A stretch of DNA of 64,000 nucleotides, from contig CAYPRX010000006.1 in the NCBI GenBank assembly GCA_964413265.1, forward strand, positions 8,822-72,821, given 5' to 3'. This stretch comes from an uncultured Brevinematales bacterium. GTDB lineage: Bacteria; Spirochaetota; Brevinematia; Brevinematales; JAOACQ01. Of the stretch, positions 19,308-29,738 are shown piece after piece. Each line of letters begins with the position of its first letter. Position 1 is the stretch's first letter. A program made the translations under genes and the position numbers. The notes beneath the pieces were generated by a model. It saw only the letters and a program-made list of their open reading frames with translations, was not told where the DNA came from and searched no databases.

Positions 19308-20731
19308 TGGGTGTTTATAATAATCCGCTTGAAACAAGATACGCGTCTAAGGAAATGCTCAAATTGTTTTCGGATGAAACAAAATTTCTTACGTGGCGGG
19401 ATTGCTGGATAGCCCTGGCGTTGATCGAAAAAAAACTTGGACTTAATATCACTACCGAACAGCTTGACGATCTCAGAAATAACAGGGATAATCTTAACCT
19501 TAAGAGAGCAGTGGAGATTGAAAGGGAAATCCATCATGACGTGATGAGTCATATACGCGCATATGGAGAGGTCGCACCTATCGCCTGCAGTATCATACAT
19601 CTTGGCGCCACATCGGCCTTTGTTACAGATAATACTGATATGATTATTTTCAGGAAAGCTCTTGTCCTGATAAAAAAGCGGCTGGTCACTCTTATCGACA
19701 TATTAAAAAGGAAATGCATGGAATACAGGACTATGCCTGTTCTCGGATATACCCACCTCCAGCCGGCACAGCCAACAACTCTTGGAAAAAGGTTAAGCCT
19801 ATGGCTTTACGATCTTGTTCTCGACTTAAACGATCTTAACGGAATCATATCCGGGCTTGTTACTCTTGGAGTAAAGGGAACAACAGGCACACAGGCAAGT
19901 TTTATGGAGCTTTTCAATAACGATGAGGAAAAGGTCAGGCAGCTTGATAGACTAGTGGTTAAGGAACTTGGCTTTGATAAGAGCGCACCAGTATGCGGGC
20001 AAACCCTGACCAGAAAACACGATGTAAGAATACTTGAAACTCTTTCAGGAATAGCTCAGTCTGCGCACAGGGCGGCCAATGATATAAGAATACTCCAGCA
20101 CAGTTCCCAGATTGAAGAACCGTTTGATAAAAAACAGGTCGGTTCTTCGGCTATGCCCTATAAACGCAATCCTATTCTGGCGGAGAGGATGACCTCCCTT
20201 GCACGTTATCTTATCAATGATGTTATGAATGCCGTATATACCTTTGCAAACCAGTTTCTCGAAAGGACTCTCGATGATTCGGCCAATCGCCGTATTTCGA
20301 TGGCAGAAGGTTTCCTGACTGCTGATTCAATCCTGATCATATATCAAAAGCTGATAGCAGGGCTTAACATTTATCCTGAAGTCATCGAAACACATCTCAG
20401 AAACAATCTCCCTTTTTTCGCCACTGAAAATATTATTATGAAGGCAGTCAAGGCAGGAGGCAACAGGCAGGAACTCCATGAAAAGGTTCGTTCCTATGCC
20501 ATGAAAGCCGTTGAGTCCGCCAGGAAGGGTATGCAGTATGATATGCTCGGAGAGATGAAAAAAAGCGGCATTTTTAAACTGACAGAAGATGAATGGAAAA
20601 CCGCTTCAGATTACAGTGTTTACACAGGAAGAGCGGCCAAACAGGTGGAAGAATTCATAATTGAATATATAGATCCTATCTTGAAGGAAAACAAAGAATT
20701 CCTAGATTCGAAAGCCGAGATACGGGTCTGA
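19304..20731 (+). CDS. purB: adenylosuccinate lyase
   Basis: 475 aa. Signatures: N-terminal NPLETRYASKEM, GYTHLQPAQPTT, and the fumarate-lyase signature GSSAMPYKRNP. Confidence 0.9.
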   Translation: MMGVYNNPLETRYASKEMLKLFSDETKFLTWRDCWIALALIEKKLGLNITTEQLDDLRNNRDNLNLKRAVEIEREIHHDVMSHIRAYGEVAPIACSIIHLGATSAFVTDNTDMIIFRKALVLIKKRLVTLIDILKRKCMEYRTMPVLGYTHLQPAQPTTLGKRLSLWLYDLVLDLNDLNGIISGLVTLGVKGTTGTQASFMELFNNDEEKVRQLDRLVVKELGFDKSAPVCGQTLTRKHDVRILETLSGIAQSAHRAANDIRILQHSSQIEEPFDKKQVGSSAMPYKRNPILAERMTSLARYLINDVMNAVYTFANQFLERTLDDSANRRISMAEGFLTADSILIIYQKLIAGLNIYPEVIETHLRNNLPFFATENIIMKAVKAGGNRQELHEKVRSYAMKAVESARKGMQYDMLGEMKKSGIFKLTEDEWKTASDYSVYTGRAAKQVEEFIIEYIDPILKENKEFLDSKAEIRV

Positions 20732-20751
20732 TCGAGGATAGGGGGCCGGCG

Positions 20752-23376
20752 ATGCCGGAGGAAAATATTACCCAGTTGACCCCGATGGTCAGACAATATA
20801 ACAACATAAAGTCGCGCCATCGTGACAAAATACTGCTGTTCCGGGTCGGCGATTTTTATGAAATGTTTTTTGACGATGCGAGGGATGCTGCAGCCATTCT
20901 AAATATCGCACTAACATCACGCAACGATATGCCCATGGCCGGATTTCCCCACCACGCCTCTTTGCAGTACATTCACAGGCTAATCTCTGCCGGTAAAAAA
21001 GTTGCCGTTTGCGAACAGCTTGAAGATCCTTCAAAAGCAAAGGGCCTAGTAAAGCGGGACATTGTCAACATCGTTACTCCAGGTACTGTGATCGATGAAA
21101 ATTTCCTCGGGAAAAAACAGAACAATTATTTATTATCAATATTCAGCTTTTCCGGTAATACTGGTCTGACCTTTTTCGATGTTTCCACTGGAGACCTATT
21201 TTCACGTAAAATTGAATCAGGTCGCCTTCTTAAGGATGAGATAGAGAGGTTTTCGCCTTCGGAGATCATTTACAATGAAAGGGCAAAGACTGAAGAGGCC
21301 TTTTTTCACGAGCTTGATTCTTCGGGCGTCCTTCATGAGGCATTTCCCGAATGGTATTTCGGGGATTTTTCCTCTTCAAAAGAATCTCTCGTTTTCCCTG
21401 ACGGCTTACTTTCCGATCCCGTATTAAAAAAGAGCATCCTCGGGTCTTTTCATTACATTTTTGAAACGAGGGGAGAAAGCACCTTAAGAGACAGAGAAAT
21501 CTTTTTTAAAAATCTTCAGCTTTCCCTCGATAATATTCACATCCTGGGAAGCAATAAAATAGTAGAACTTGACGACTTTACGATCAGGAACCTGGAACTT
21601 GTTAAAAACATGCAGGACGGGGGTAAACAATATTCGCTCCTTGATGTTCTCGACAGAACAATGACACCGATGGGAGGAAGGCTTCTGAGACAGTGGATTC
21701 TAATGCCACTGTTTGATGCCGGGGAAATTTATGAAAGGCAGAACTGTGTTGAGGCATTTTTCGATAATGGAATACTGGTATCAAATATAAGGGGTATCCT
21801 TGAAAAAATCAGCGACATCGAGAGGCTGTCATCCAGAATATCCCTGAAAAGGGTCATTCCGAAGGAGCTGATTTCCCTTTCTTATTCTTTAAAACAGGCC
21901 AAGCTTTTAAAGACAGGACTATCCGGCCTGGCAGTCCTGAAGCAACTCAGTGAAAATCTGGATGACCTTGGAACTATATCTTCCCTCATCGACTCATCCA
22001 TCAAAGAGGAACCGTCCTCGACATTCGGGGGAGATGTAATAAAAAACGGCTTCAATAAAGAGCTGGATTCAATCCGCAATATAATGCGGGAGGGAAGGGA
22101 TTTTATCCTCAAACTCCAGGAAAGCGAGAGGATAAAAACAGGTATCTCTTCTCTGAAAATAAAATTCAATAACATTTTCGGATACTTTATCGAGATCAGC
22201 AAGGCAAATATAGAAAGCGTCCCGGTGCACTATATCAGAAAGCAGAGCCTTGTAAATGCTGAACGCTATACTATCCCGGAGCTTTCCGAACATGAAGCCA
22301 TGATTAACAGTGCATCCGAACGGGTCTTAAAACTTGAAGAGGAGATTTTTGCCCGGGTTGTGGAAAAGATCTCCGAAAGCTCGAAACAGCTGCAGATACT
22401 TGCTCATACGATAGCCTTGATAGATATATATTCCAATTTTGCCCTCATTGCAGGGGAGAACAGTTATACGAAACCGGCCATAAGCTCTGGCACCGAATTT
22501 TTTATAAGGGAGGGAAGGCATCCTGTTGTTGAAAAGTATATCGGTAAAAACCTTTTCGTCCCCAATGATGCACTGCTGGATGATGAGGACAACAGGATAA
22601 TTATCTTGACCGGGCCGAATATGGCGGGAAAATCCACCTATCTCCGCCAGAATGCACTTATCGCTCTAATGGCCCAGATAGGATGCTATGTCCCGGCATC
22701 CGAGGCACGGATCGGGATGGTGGATAAAATATTCACCAGAATAGGAGCTTCAGACAACCTCTCAATGGGCAGGTCTACATTCCTTGTAGAAATGCAGGAA
22801 GCTGCCAATATAATAAGGGGATCTACACCTAAAAGCCTTATTATTATGGATGAACTAGGGCGAGGTACCTCGACCTATGACGGTCTCTCGATAGCCTGGT
22901 CGGTTATTGAACATCTTCATGAACAAAAACTAAAAACGGGAAGGGTACTTTTTGCAACGCATTATCACGAACTCACAAGGCTCGGCAGTAAAAAGGGGAT
23001 CAGGAATTACAACATAGCCGTCAGAGAATACGGTGAAGAGCTGATATTTCTCCGCAGGGTTGTAGAGGGACCTTCAGACAGGAGCTATGGTATTTACGTT
23101 GCGAAGCTGGCCGGCATTCCCCAGGAAATTGTCGAAAGGGCGAAAATCATTCTCGAAACTCTTGAGGCAGAAGGCGACATGGCAGGAGAGAGGATCGAAA
23201 AAATATTTGACAAAAAATACAGGAAGCCGGAAGATCGTAAAGAGTCCCAGGAGATCAGCCTTTTCACGGACACTTCTTATCAGAATATAATTGATAAAAT
23301 CATGAATATCGATATCAATAGGATCACCCCCCTTGAAGCAATTGCATTTCTCGCTGAAATTAAAAAATTGATATGA
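20752..23376 (+). CDS. mutS: DNA mismatch repair protein MutS
   Basis: 874 aa. Signatures: N-terminal TPMVRQY...FRVGDFYEMFFDDA (mismatch-binding Phe), Walker A GPNMAGKST, DELGRGTSTYDG and THYHEL. Confidence 0.95.
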   Translation: MPEENITQLTPMVRQYNNIKSRHRDKILLFRVGDFYEMFFDDARDAAAILNIALTSRNDMPMAGFPHHASLQYIHRLISAGKKVAVCEQLEDPSKAKGLVKRDIVNIVTPGTVIDENFLGKKQNNYLLSIFSFSGNTGLTFFDVSTGDLFSRKIESGRLLKDEIERFSPSEIIYNERAKTEEAFFHELDSSGVLHEAFPEWYFGDFSSSKESLVFPDGLLSDPVLKKSILGSFHYIFETRGESTLRDREIFFKNLQLSLDNIHILGSNKIVELDDFTIRNLELVKNMQDGGKQYSLLDVLDRTMTPMGGRLLRQWILMPLFDAGEIYERQNCVEAFFDNGILVSNIRGILEKISDIERLSSRISLKRVIPKELISLSYSLKQAKLLKTGLSGLAVLKQLSENLDDLGTISSLIDSSIKEEPSSTFGGDVIKNGFNKELDSIRNIMREGRDFILKLQESERIKTGISSLKIKFNNIFGYFIEISKANIESVPVHYIRKQSLVNAERYTIPELSEHEAMINSASERVLKLEEEIFARVVEKISESSKQLQILAHTIALIDIYSNFALIAGENSYTKPAISSGTEFFIREGRHPVVEKYIGKNLFVPNDALLDDEDNRIIILTGPNMAGKSTYLRQNALIALMAQIGCYVPASEARIGMVDKIFTRIGASDNLSMGRSTFLVEMQEAANIIRGSTPKSLIIMDELGRGTSTYDGLSIAWSVIEHLHEQKLKTGRVLFATHYHELTRLGSKKGIRNYNIAVREYGEELIFLRRVVEGPSDRSYGIYVAKLAGIPQEIVERAKIILETLEAEGDMAGERIEKIFDKKYRKPEDRKESQEISLFTDTSYQNIIDKIMNIDINRITPLEAIAFLAEIKKLI

Positions 23377-23421
23377 ATTTGGCATGAAAATATCTGCACC
23401 GACAAAATTCCCCTTATATTC

Positions 23422-23450
23422 TTGACGATTTTGAGTTTGTTTATTATATT
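23422..23450 (+). promoter_or_regulatory. sigma70-type promoter candidate for groEL
   Basis: TTGACG (23422-23427), a 17-nt spacer, then TATATT (23445-23450). A GGAG Shine-Dalgarno sequence lies 8 nt before the ATG at 23487. Confidence 0.45.
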
Positions 23451-23486
23451 ATAAACTAAAAATTTATTAAATAAAGGAGAGTAAAT

Positions 23487-25115
23487 ATGGCAAAAGACTT
23501 ATTATTTTCAAGCGATGCCCATCAGAAGATCCTAAGTGGTGTCGAGAAACTGGCAGCCACAGTGGGCGCGACTTTAGGACCGCGCGGACGGAACGTAGTT
23601 ATCGATAAAAAGTTCGGCGCTCCGACTATTACAAGAGACGGTGTTACCGTAGCAAAGGAAATCGAACTGGAAGATAAGTTCGAAAATATGGGAGCACAGC
23701 TTGTCAAGGAAGTGGCGACAAAAACAAATGATATTGCAGGTGATGGAACAACGACAGCAACAGTACTTGCGCATGATATTATTAAAGAGGGATTTAAAAA
23801 CGTCACAGCCGGAAGCAATCCTACTCTGATTAAAAAGGGGATAGATAAAGCGGTAGCGGTGGTTGTCGAAGAGATCAAGAAGAACTCTAAAACTGTAGCC
23901 GGCAGAAATGAAATACGCGATGTAGCGGCAATTTCAGCCAATAACGACCTTGCTATAGGAGAATATATAGCTGACGCTATGGATAAGGTCGGCAAAGACG
24001 GCGTTATCACTGTTGAAGAATCAAAGGTCATGGAAACAATCATAGAGGTTGTCGAAGGTATGCAGTTCGACAGGGGTTATCTTTCCGCCTATATGGTGAC
24101 AAATTCCGAGAATATGACAGCTGAACTGGAAGATCCCTTCATTCTTATCTATGATAAAAAAATCTCTTCATTGAAGGAAATTGTTCCCCTTCTTGAAAAA
24201 ATCGCTCAGAGCGGCAAACCCCTTTTGATCATCGCTGAGGATGTCGAGGGTGAAGCCCTTGCTACCCTTATCGTAAACAAGCTCAGGGGGACACTGAACT
24301 GCGTGGCCGTTAAAGCACCTGCTTTCGGTGACAGAAGAAAAGCTATGCTGGAAGATATCGCGATACTTACGAAAGCACAGGTTATATCAGAGGAAAAGGG
24401 TATGAAACTCGAGAACGCTACCCTCAATGATCTCGGCAAGGCGAAAAAGGTAAAAGTAGACAAGGACAATTCCATTGTGGTCGGCGGTGAAGGCTCAAAG
24501 GATTCAATTCAGGCCCGCATTAAACAGATTAAAAAGCAGATCGAGGATACGACATCCGATTATGACAAGGAAAAATTACAGGAAAGACTCGCCAAGATCT
24601 CCGGCGGGGTTGCCGTTATAAAAGTCGGAGCAGCAACCGAAACCGAGCTCAAGGAGAGAAAGGCAAGGGTCGAGGACGCTCTCTCGGCAACCAAGGCAGC
24701 CATTGAGGAAGGGATCGTCAGCGGCGGCGGACTTGCCCTTTTAAAATGCCAGAAAACGCTCGACAATCTCAAATCTGATACACCCGAAGAAAAGGTCGGC
24801 ATTGATATTGTCAGGAAAGCCCTTGAAGCCCCGATGAGAATGATAGCCGATAACGCCGGCATCGATGGATCCGTAATCGTTCATAAAGCCAAAGAAGCCA
24901 AAGAGGGTTTCGGCTATAATGCCCTGACCGACGAATGGGTTGATATGGTCAAGGACGGCATTATCGACCCGGCGAAAGTCGAGAGGACTGCCCTTCAGAA
25001 TGCAGCAAGCATTGCAGGCCTTCTCCTCATTACAGAAGTACTTGTCACCGACAAGCCTGAAAAAGAAAAGATGCCTCCAATGCCTGGAGGCGGTGGAATG
25101 GGCGATATGTATTAA
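23487..25115 (+). CDS. groL: chaperonin GroEL (Cpn60)
   Basis: 542 aa. Signatures: canonical [11 protein letters not shown], the VAVKAPGFGDRRK-like [13 protein letters not shown], and the C-terminal GGGGMGDMY tail. Confidence 0.97.
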   Translation: MAKDLLFSSDAHQKILSGVEKLAATVGATLGPRGRNVVIDKKFGAPTITRDGVTVAKEIELEDKFENMGAQLVKEVATKTNDIAGDGTTTATVLAHDIIKEGFKNVTAGSNPTLIKKGIDKAVAVVVEEIKKNSKTVAGRNEIRDVAAISANNDLAIGEYIADAMDKVGKDGVITVEESKVMETIIEVVEGMQFDRGYLSAYMVTNSENMTAELEDPFILIYDKKISSLKEIVPLLEKIAQSGKPLLIIAEDVEGEALATLIVNKLRGTLNCVAVKAPAFGDRRKAMLEDIAILTKAQVISEEKGMKLENATLNDLGKAKKVKVDKDNSIVVGGEGSKDSIQARIKQIKKQIEDTTSDYDKEKLQERLAKISGGVAVIKVGAATETELKERKARVEDALSATKAAIEEGIVSGGGLALLKCQKTLDNLKSDTPEEKVGIDIVRKALEAPMRMIADNAGIDGSVIVHKAKEAKEGFGYNALTDEWVDMVKDGIIDPAKVERTALQNAASIAGLLLITEVLVTDKPEKEKMPPMPGGGGMGDMY

Positions 25116-25133
25116 ACATTATTGTAAAATATA

Positions 25134-25165
25134 GGGGCTGTCCTGAAAGGGGCAGCCTTTTTTTT
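25134..25165 (+). terminator. Rho-independent terminator after groEL
   Basis: GGGGCUGUCC-UGAAA-GGGGCAGCC hairpin followed by U8, 19 nt after the stop. Confidence 0.65.
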
Positions 25166-25229
25166 GCAAATTCACTAGTTATTTGATAAAATTCTAAACA
25201 CTCTTAACCAGCATGCCGGAGGGTATAAA

Positions 25230-26216
25230 ATGAAAAACTGGCCGACCGTTTTTTTGTTATTTTTTATTTCAGCAGAGGGTTTTTCCGATCAGTTCGCCGA
25301 TGAGAGGGAAATCGTGCATACCCGTGAAATACGCGATTTTTCATATATCTTAACAAATACCAATTTTTCGCAAATAGGTTATGATACTGAGGTTTCTTTT
25401 GAAAATCCTGCCGGTTTTCAGGCTGAATTTTTTTACATTCAAACCTCAGAGAGCTCCCTTGGCACTCTGGAGACAAAACTCACAGGCGCCCTTACTCCTA
25501 TAACAGTAAGTGCTGCTCTTGATTATACTTATACGGCACCCATACCGTTTCTTCAACTCAACTCGGGGCTTCTTGTCGGTTCAGGCTGGCCTTTGCCGGG
25601 TTACGGCAACGGCATCGGGATGCAGAGTAATTTTTACGAAAGTTCAATTCAGAGCAATGTTTATTCCCAGGAAGTCCTTGACAAACAATATCTCAGGTTT
25701 TACGGCGGAACTGGCCTGCAGTTCGATCTGGCTTCCATTTTCCCGGGTGAATGGAGCCACCTTCAATTCCGTACCTATCAGGAGCTGTATTATCAGTATC
25801 TGTTAGGCGCTACTTCCGATTCCGATATTTACGAATATGATAATGTTCCGGATAAATTGAAAAATCTGCGCTATTATGGAAGCTATTACATCGGATATGA
25901 AATGCCTTTTTTTCTGCACCGTATCGGATTTCTTTATGAAACTGATTTAGATGTCTATCGATATTCATATTCACCGGTTTCTTCAAGTGGATGGGGTTCC
26001 GATTTCATTCTCCAGACCGTGGGATTCATACAGACTTTTTTCTTCGATAACGAAGGCAATGAAACACTTGATATGATGGTCCAGTGGGGCAACTACATAG
26101 TTTACAGGAATGGCTACGGCACTGAATTGACTCTGTTTGACAGGGAGGTCGATCCGGATTACTATTGGTTCTGGCGACTTCATCAGGTCTATCTTGTATT
26201 CACAATGAAAATCTGA
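25230..26216 (+). CDS. secreted hypothetical protein, Tyr/Gly-rich with alternating beta-like pattern (possible outer-membrane protein)
   Basis: 328 aa with an N-terminal signal-like segment (WPTVFLLFFISAEG). I recognise no family. Confidence 0.45.
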   Translation: MKNWPTVFLLFFISAEGFSDQFADEREIVHTREIRDFSYILTNTNFSQIGYDTEVSFENPAGFQAEFFYIQTSESSLGTLETKLTGALTPITVSAALDYTYTAPIPFLQLNSGLLVGSGWPLPGYGNGIGMQSNFYESSIQSNVYSQEVLDKQYLRFYGGTGLQFDLASIFPGEWSHLQFRTYQELYYQYLLGATSDSDIYEYDNVPDKLKNLRYYGSYYIGYEMPFFLHRIGFLYETDLDVYRYSYSPVSSSGWGSDFILQTVGFIQTFFFDNEGNETLDMMVQWGNYIVYRNGYGTELTLFDREVDPDYYWFWRLHQVYLVFTMKI

Positions 26217-26240
26217 TCCATTAATCAAAAGCAAGACTCT

Positions 26241-26903
26241 CTAAAAAGCTGCGCCGATGTTCAATCCGATCATGGATACACAGAGCTGAATGATTCTTGT
26301 CTGGCTCTGGTAGGTATCGCTTAACGGTATCATCAGATCGAAGTATGGTTCGAGCATGAACAATCCGTAATTGAATTTATAGCCGATAAGTATTTGTGTA
26401 TATTCTATTCCAAAATTAAGAATTACGGTCTGATCGCTATTTAAGGTCGAAACAACATTGGCATAACCGAAGCCGAATCCGAGGTTCAGGCCATGAAGGC
26501 CCTGATGGTCAAAATAGTAATCCAGCATGAAATCTTCAGCTGTAATGTACATGTTCTCATTATTCGTATAAAAATTCTTGATGACAAGACCCTGACGGAA
26601 TCTTGCCGAAAAGGTTTCATTAATAGCTTTTTCAAATTCAATCCCCCACCCAAGTGAAGATTCATCACCGTACAAATCCTGCCTGAGGGCTTCATCGAGC
26701 CATCCATTATCCACGCAGACAGAAGTATCAGGATATCTGTTGGTATAAGGCATGCTCTGTGGAATAAAAATACATGTAACAAGGGCTGCAACCGCTATGC
26801 CGTCTCCCAGTTCTCCAGGTAGACTTATAATGGCCGCATTTAAGTCTGTCAGTGTAAAAGCAATAAAGACATAAACCATGAAAAGAAACATCCTGAAATT
26901 CAT
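26241..26903 (-). CDS. putative small outer-membrane beta-barrel protein
   Basis: 220 aa with an N-terminal hydrophobic signal and alternating-hydrophobicity strands (GLNLGFGFGYA, ILNFGIEYT). The C-terminus ends GLNIGAAF, a terminal Phe typical of OMP beta-signals. Confidence 0.5.
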   Translation of the reverse strand: MNFRMFLFMVYVFIAFTLTDLNAAIISLPGELGDGIAVAALVTCIFIPQSMPYTNRYPDTSVCVDNGWLDEALRQDLYGDESSLGWGIEFEKAINETFSARFRQGLVIKNFYTNNENMYITAEDFMLDYYFDHQGLHGLNLGFGFGYANVVSTLNSDQTVILNFGIEYTQILIGYKFNYGLFMLEPYFDLMIPLSDTYQSQTRIIQLCVSMIGLNIGAAF

Positions 26904-26982
26904 TATATTCTCCTTGGCATTTTGCCGGGTTTTTCAAAATTAATAGGCGAAATTATAAGGAAGGTCAGAAATTACTGCAAAT

Positions 26983-27405
26983 TTAAAGGTTTTCAAGCAT
27001 ACCGGTCAGCATGCTTATTGTAAATGGCTTTTTTAATACTCCGAGGGCGCCTTCTTTCAGTAAATCTGTTATGATATCATCCTGAGACAAACCGGATGTC
27101 AGAAGGACATTTACATCCGGATTGATTTTTTTCATTTCCTTGAAGATTTCCCTCCCTGACATATCAGGCATGATCAGGTCCAGCATTACAAGGCTGATAT
27201 CAGCATGACTTTCTCTGAATTTCGCCATGGCGTCAGGCCCGGTACTGGAAGATAGTACCCTGTACCCTATTTTACCAAGTATAATTGATGTCGTTTTTAA
27301 TATAGATTCTTCATCATCCACCAGCAGTATTAATCCGCCTGGCGTCAAAATCTTTGAATTTGTACCTTTATAACCCATAAAACAAATAATTACTCCCTGA
27401 AACAC
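26983..27405 (-). CDS. single-domain response regulator (CheY-like receiver)
   Basis: Signatures: ILLVDDEE, the phospho-acceptor region VMLDLIMPDMSG, LLTSG, and KPF near the C-terminus. The real start may be the ATG at 27378 (MGYKG...). No output domain and no adjacent kinase. Confidence 0.8.
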   Translation of the reverse strand: MFQGVIICFMGYKGTNSKILTPGGLILLVDDEESILKTTSIILGKIGYRVLSSSTGPDAMAKFRESHADISLVMLDLIMPDMSGREIFKEMKKINPDVNVLLTSGLSQDDIITDLLKEGALGVLKKPFTISMLTGMLENL

Positions 27406-27515
27406 TTATTTTATAATTTAAAGCTTGTAATATAATAACCATGGCTGTTTAAAAGTCAATTTTCCATTGTCCGGTTCGGATGACCATATTGAGCAGTATG
27501 ACGATTTATCCAATC

Positions 27516-27544
27516 TTGTTAAAATTTTAATTAAGTGGTATAAT
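27516..27544 (+). promoter_or_regulatory. sigma70-type promoter candidate (extended -10)
   Basis: TTGTTA (27516-27521), a 17-nt spacer ending in TGG, then TATAAT (27539-27544), about 30 nt upstream of the ORF start at 27574. Confidence 0.35.
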
Positions 27545-27573
27545 TATGTATAGATAATTTTGAATCTTCGGCC

Positions 27574-28905
27574 GTGGGAGGAAGCGAGATGAATCAAATT
27601 TTATCAAAATTAGACAGGTTCGGAAGACCCCGCATTGTCATCGTGGGATCTATCGTCCTGCTAACACTTATTACGCTCTTAGCATTATTCTGGTTTTTCA
27701 GTTCAGCCCCGCCCAGCAGGCTTGTAATCTCAGCAGGGCCGGTGGGCAGTTCATTATATCATTACGCTGAGAGATATCAGGCAATTCTTAAGCAGAGCGG
27801 AGTTGATCTGATCATTATTCCTTCCGACGGCTCCATTGAAAACTACAGGAACCTTACACAAAAAACCAACAGGGTCGATATCGGGTTCGTGCAGAGCGGA
27901 ATCGTGAGCAATTCGAACTTCGAAAGCCTGGTCTCGCTTGGTGCCATAGGTTATGAGCCGATTTACATATTTTACAGGAGCCCCGTCGCCCTTAACCTGA
28001 TTTCTGATTTTAAGGGAAAACGTATTGAAGTAGGCGAACGCGGAAGCGGTACAAGGAAGTTTTCCCATCTCCTCCTTTCTAATAATGATATTCTGCCAGG
28101 CGGTCCTTCAACTCTTCTGGAAATAAAACCTGATGAGGGTGCCCAGGATCTTATCAGCGGCAAGATCGATGTTGCATTTATGATGGGCGATTCGGTTACC
28201 ACCGATACTATGCATAATCTTTTAAGGGATCCGTCGGTCAGACTTTATAACTTTACCCAGGCCGAAGCTTATATAAAGCGTTTCATCTATCTGCATAAGG
28301 TCGTGTATCCTATGGGCGGCATTGATTTCGGTAAAAACATTCCTTCTCATGACGTAACCCTGATCGGTCCTGTAGTAGAGATCATAGCAAAAAAGAGACT
28401 TCATCCTGCACTTTCCGACCTGATACTTGAAGCTGCAACCAAGGTTCATTCGAACCCCGGTCTCATAAAATCACGCAATGAATTTCCGACACCGCTTGAG
28501 AACGACATTGCAGTAAGCGCCGATGCAAAACGTTTTTATAAATCAGGACAGGGCATCTTTTACAAAATACTGCCGTTCTGGGTTGCAAGCCTGGTCGACA
28601 GGATCATTGTACTGATCCTGCCTCTTGTTGTAATTTTTCCATCGGTAATCCGGGGAATTCCTGCCTTTTTTCAGTGGAGGATACGCAGGCGAATTTACAG
28701 GTGGTATCGAGAGCTTCTCAATATTGAAGAGAAAGTCATAAAAGAGCCGCCTGCTCAGCTGACTGAGATATACGCAGATCTTGACAGGATAGAGAATGAG
28801 GCGAATAAGAACGTTCCCGTTTCATTCGCAGAATCTTTTTATATTCTGAGGGAACATATCGACTTCGTAAGGGAAAAGATCAGGCTCAACAGATCAATGG
28901 TTTAG
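27574..28905 (+). CDS. membrane-anchored TAXI-family (TRAP-type) solute-binding-like protein with C-terminal TM segment and cytoplasmic tail
   Basis: 443 aa. Order of elements: an N-terminal TM helix; a periplasmic-binding-protein core resembling TAXI receptors (ISAGPVGSSLYHYA...GSIENYRNL...VDIGFVQSG); a second hydrophobic stretch (ILPFWVASLVDRIIVLILPLVVIFP); and an Arg-rich helical tail. No TRAP permease genes are nearby. Confidence 0.55.
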   Translation: MGGSEMNQILSKLDRFGRPRIVIVGSIVLLTLITLLALFWFFSSAPPSRLVISAGPVGSSLYHYAERYQAILKQSGVDLIIIPSDGSIENYRNLTQKTNRVDIGFVQSGIVSNSNFESLVSLGAIGYEPIYIFYRSPVALNLISDFKGKRIEVGERGSGTRKFSHLLLSNNDILPGGPSTLLEIKPDEGAQDLISGKIDVAFMMGDSVTTDTMHNLLRDPSVRLYNFTQAEAYIKRFIYLHKVVYPMGGIDFGKNIPSHDVTLIGPVVEIIAKKRLHPALSDLILEAATKVHSNPGLIKSRNEFPTPLENDIAVSADAKRFYKSGQGIFYKILPFWVASLVDRIIVLILPLVVIFPSVIRGIPAFFQWRIRRRIYRWYRELLNIEEKVIKEPPAQLTEIYADLDRIENEANKNVPVSFAESFYILREHIDFVREKIRLNRSMV

Positions 28906-28931
28906 ATAGAATTTTTTTTGGATGGTAATTC

Positions 28932-29738
28932 ATGAGTAGCATCAAATCCATTACCTTTCTTCAGATCTTGAATATAGCAGGTTTTATCGGAATGATCGCA
29001 GTTAATGCGTTTGCCGACATTCTGCGCTTTAACGGTAAAAGCACCGGAGAGATTTCAGATGAGTACCCCACTCTTTTCACTCCGGCGGGCATAACTTTCG
29101 CTATATGGGGGGTTATCTATCTCCTCCTCCTTGTTTTCACAATTTACCAAGCTAGGGACCTGTTCATCAGGAAAAAGACTACTTTTACCATTCATGAAAG
29201 GATCAGTTTTTTATACTTACTAACATGCTGCTTCAACAGTTTCTGGATTTTTGCATGGCATTATGAGATGACATTTATTTCCCTGTTAGATATAATCCTG
29301 CTTCTCTCAGCCCTTATCGCTATTTATATGAGACTCGGCATAGGCTTAAAACCGGCTCCCATTGGTGAAAAACTCTGCGTTCACCTGCCTTTCAGCATTT
29401 ACCTGGGGTGGATCTCAGTAGCGGTCATTGCTAATGCTGCAGTTCTTTTAAATAAAATCAATTGGGACCGTTTCGGTATAGATGAGTTATACCTGGCAAT
29501 TGCATTGATCATAATAGCGGCGTTACTGGCTCTTGTAATGATCACCTGGAGGAATGATTTTTTTTACAGCCTTGTGATCCTGTGGGCCTTCACCGGCATA
29601 ATAATCAAACACTCAAAGCATTTCACCGATGTTTCCCAGAACATCATAATGACTGCTGCAGTATGCATAGTCATTATCGTGCTCGGAATGATGAGCCGTT
29701 TCCGGAAATGGTTGAATTATTTAGGCCGGTCCGCTTAG
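28932..29738 (+). CDS. polytopic membrane protein, possibly TspO/MBR-related (tryptophan-rich sensory protein-like)
   Basis: 268 aa with about 7 hydrophobic helices. The motif FTPAGITFAIWGVIYLLLL and Trp-rich helices resemble proteins usually annotated TspO/MBR-like. I recognise this only weakly. Confidence 0.4.
   Translation: MSSIKSITFLQILNIAGFIGMIAVNAFADILRFNGKSTGEISDEYPTLFTPAGITFAIWGVIYLLLLVFTIYQARDLFIRKKTTFTIHERISFLYLLTCCFNSFWIFAWHYEMTFISLLDIILLLSALIAIYMRLGIGLKPAPIGEKLCVHLPFSIYLGWISVAVIANAAVLLNKINWDRFGIDELYLAIALIIIAALLALVMITWRNDFFYSLVILWAFTGIIIKHSKHFTDVSQNIIMTAAVCIVIIVLGMMSRFRKWLNYLGRSA

Noticed and set aside
23377-23421. Possible sigma32-type promoter (CATGAAA ... CCCCTTAT) or CIRCE upstream of groEL
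   Set aside because: The spacer between the two boxes is about 20 nt, against 13-17 expected. No CIRCE-like inverted repeat is present.
29674-29738. 65-nt convergent overlap between the TspO-like membrane gene and the GT2 gene
   Set aside because: Only the poorly conserved, low-complexity tail of the GT2 product (SSSKRTGLNNSTISGNGSSFRAR) is involved. This is most likely an unremarkable read-through of the ORF end, with no evidence of regulation.
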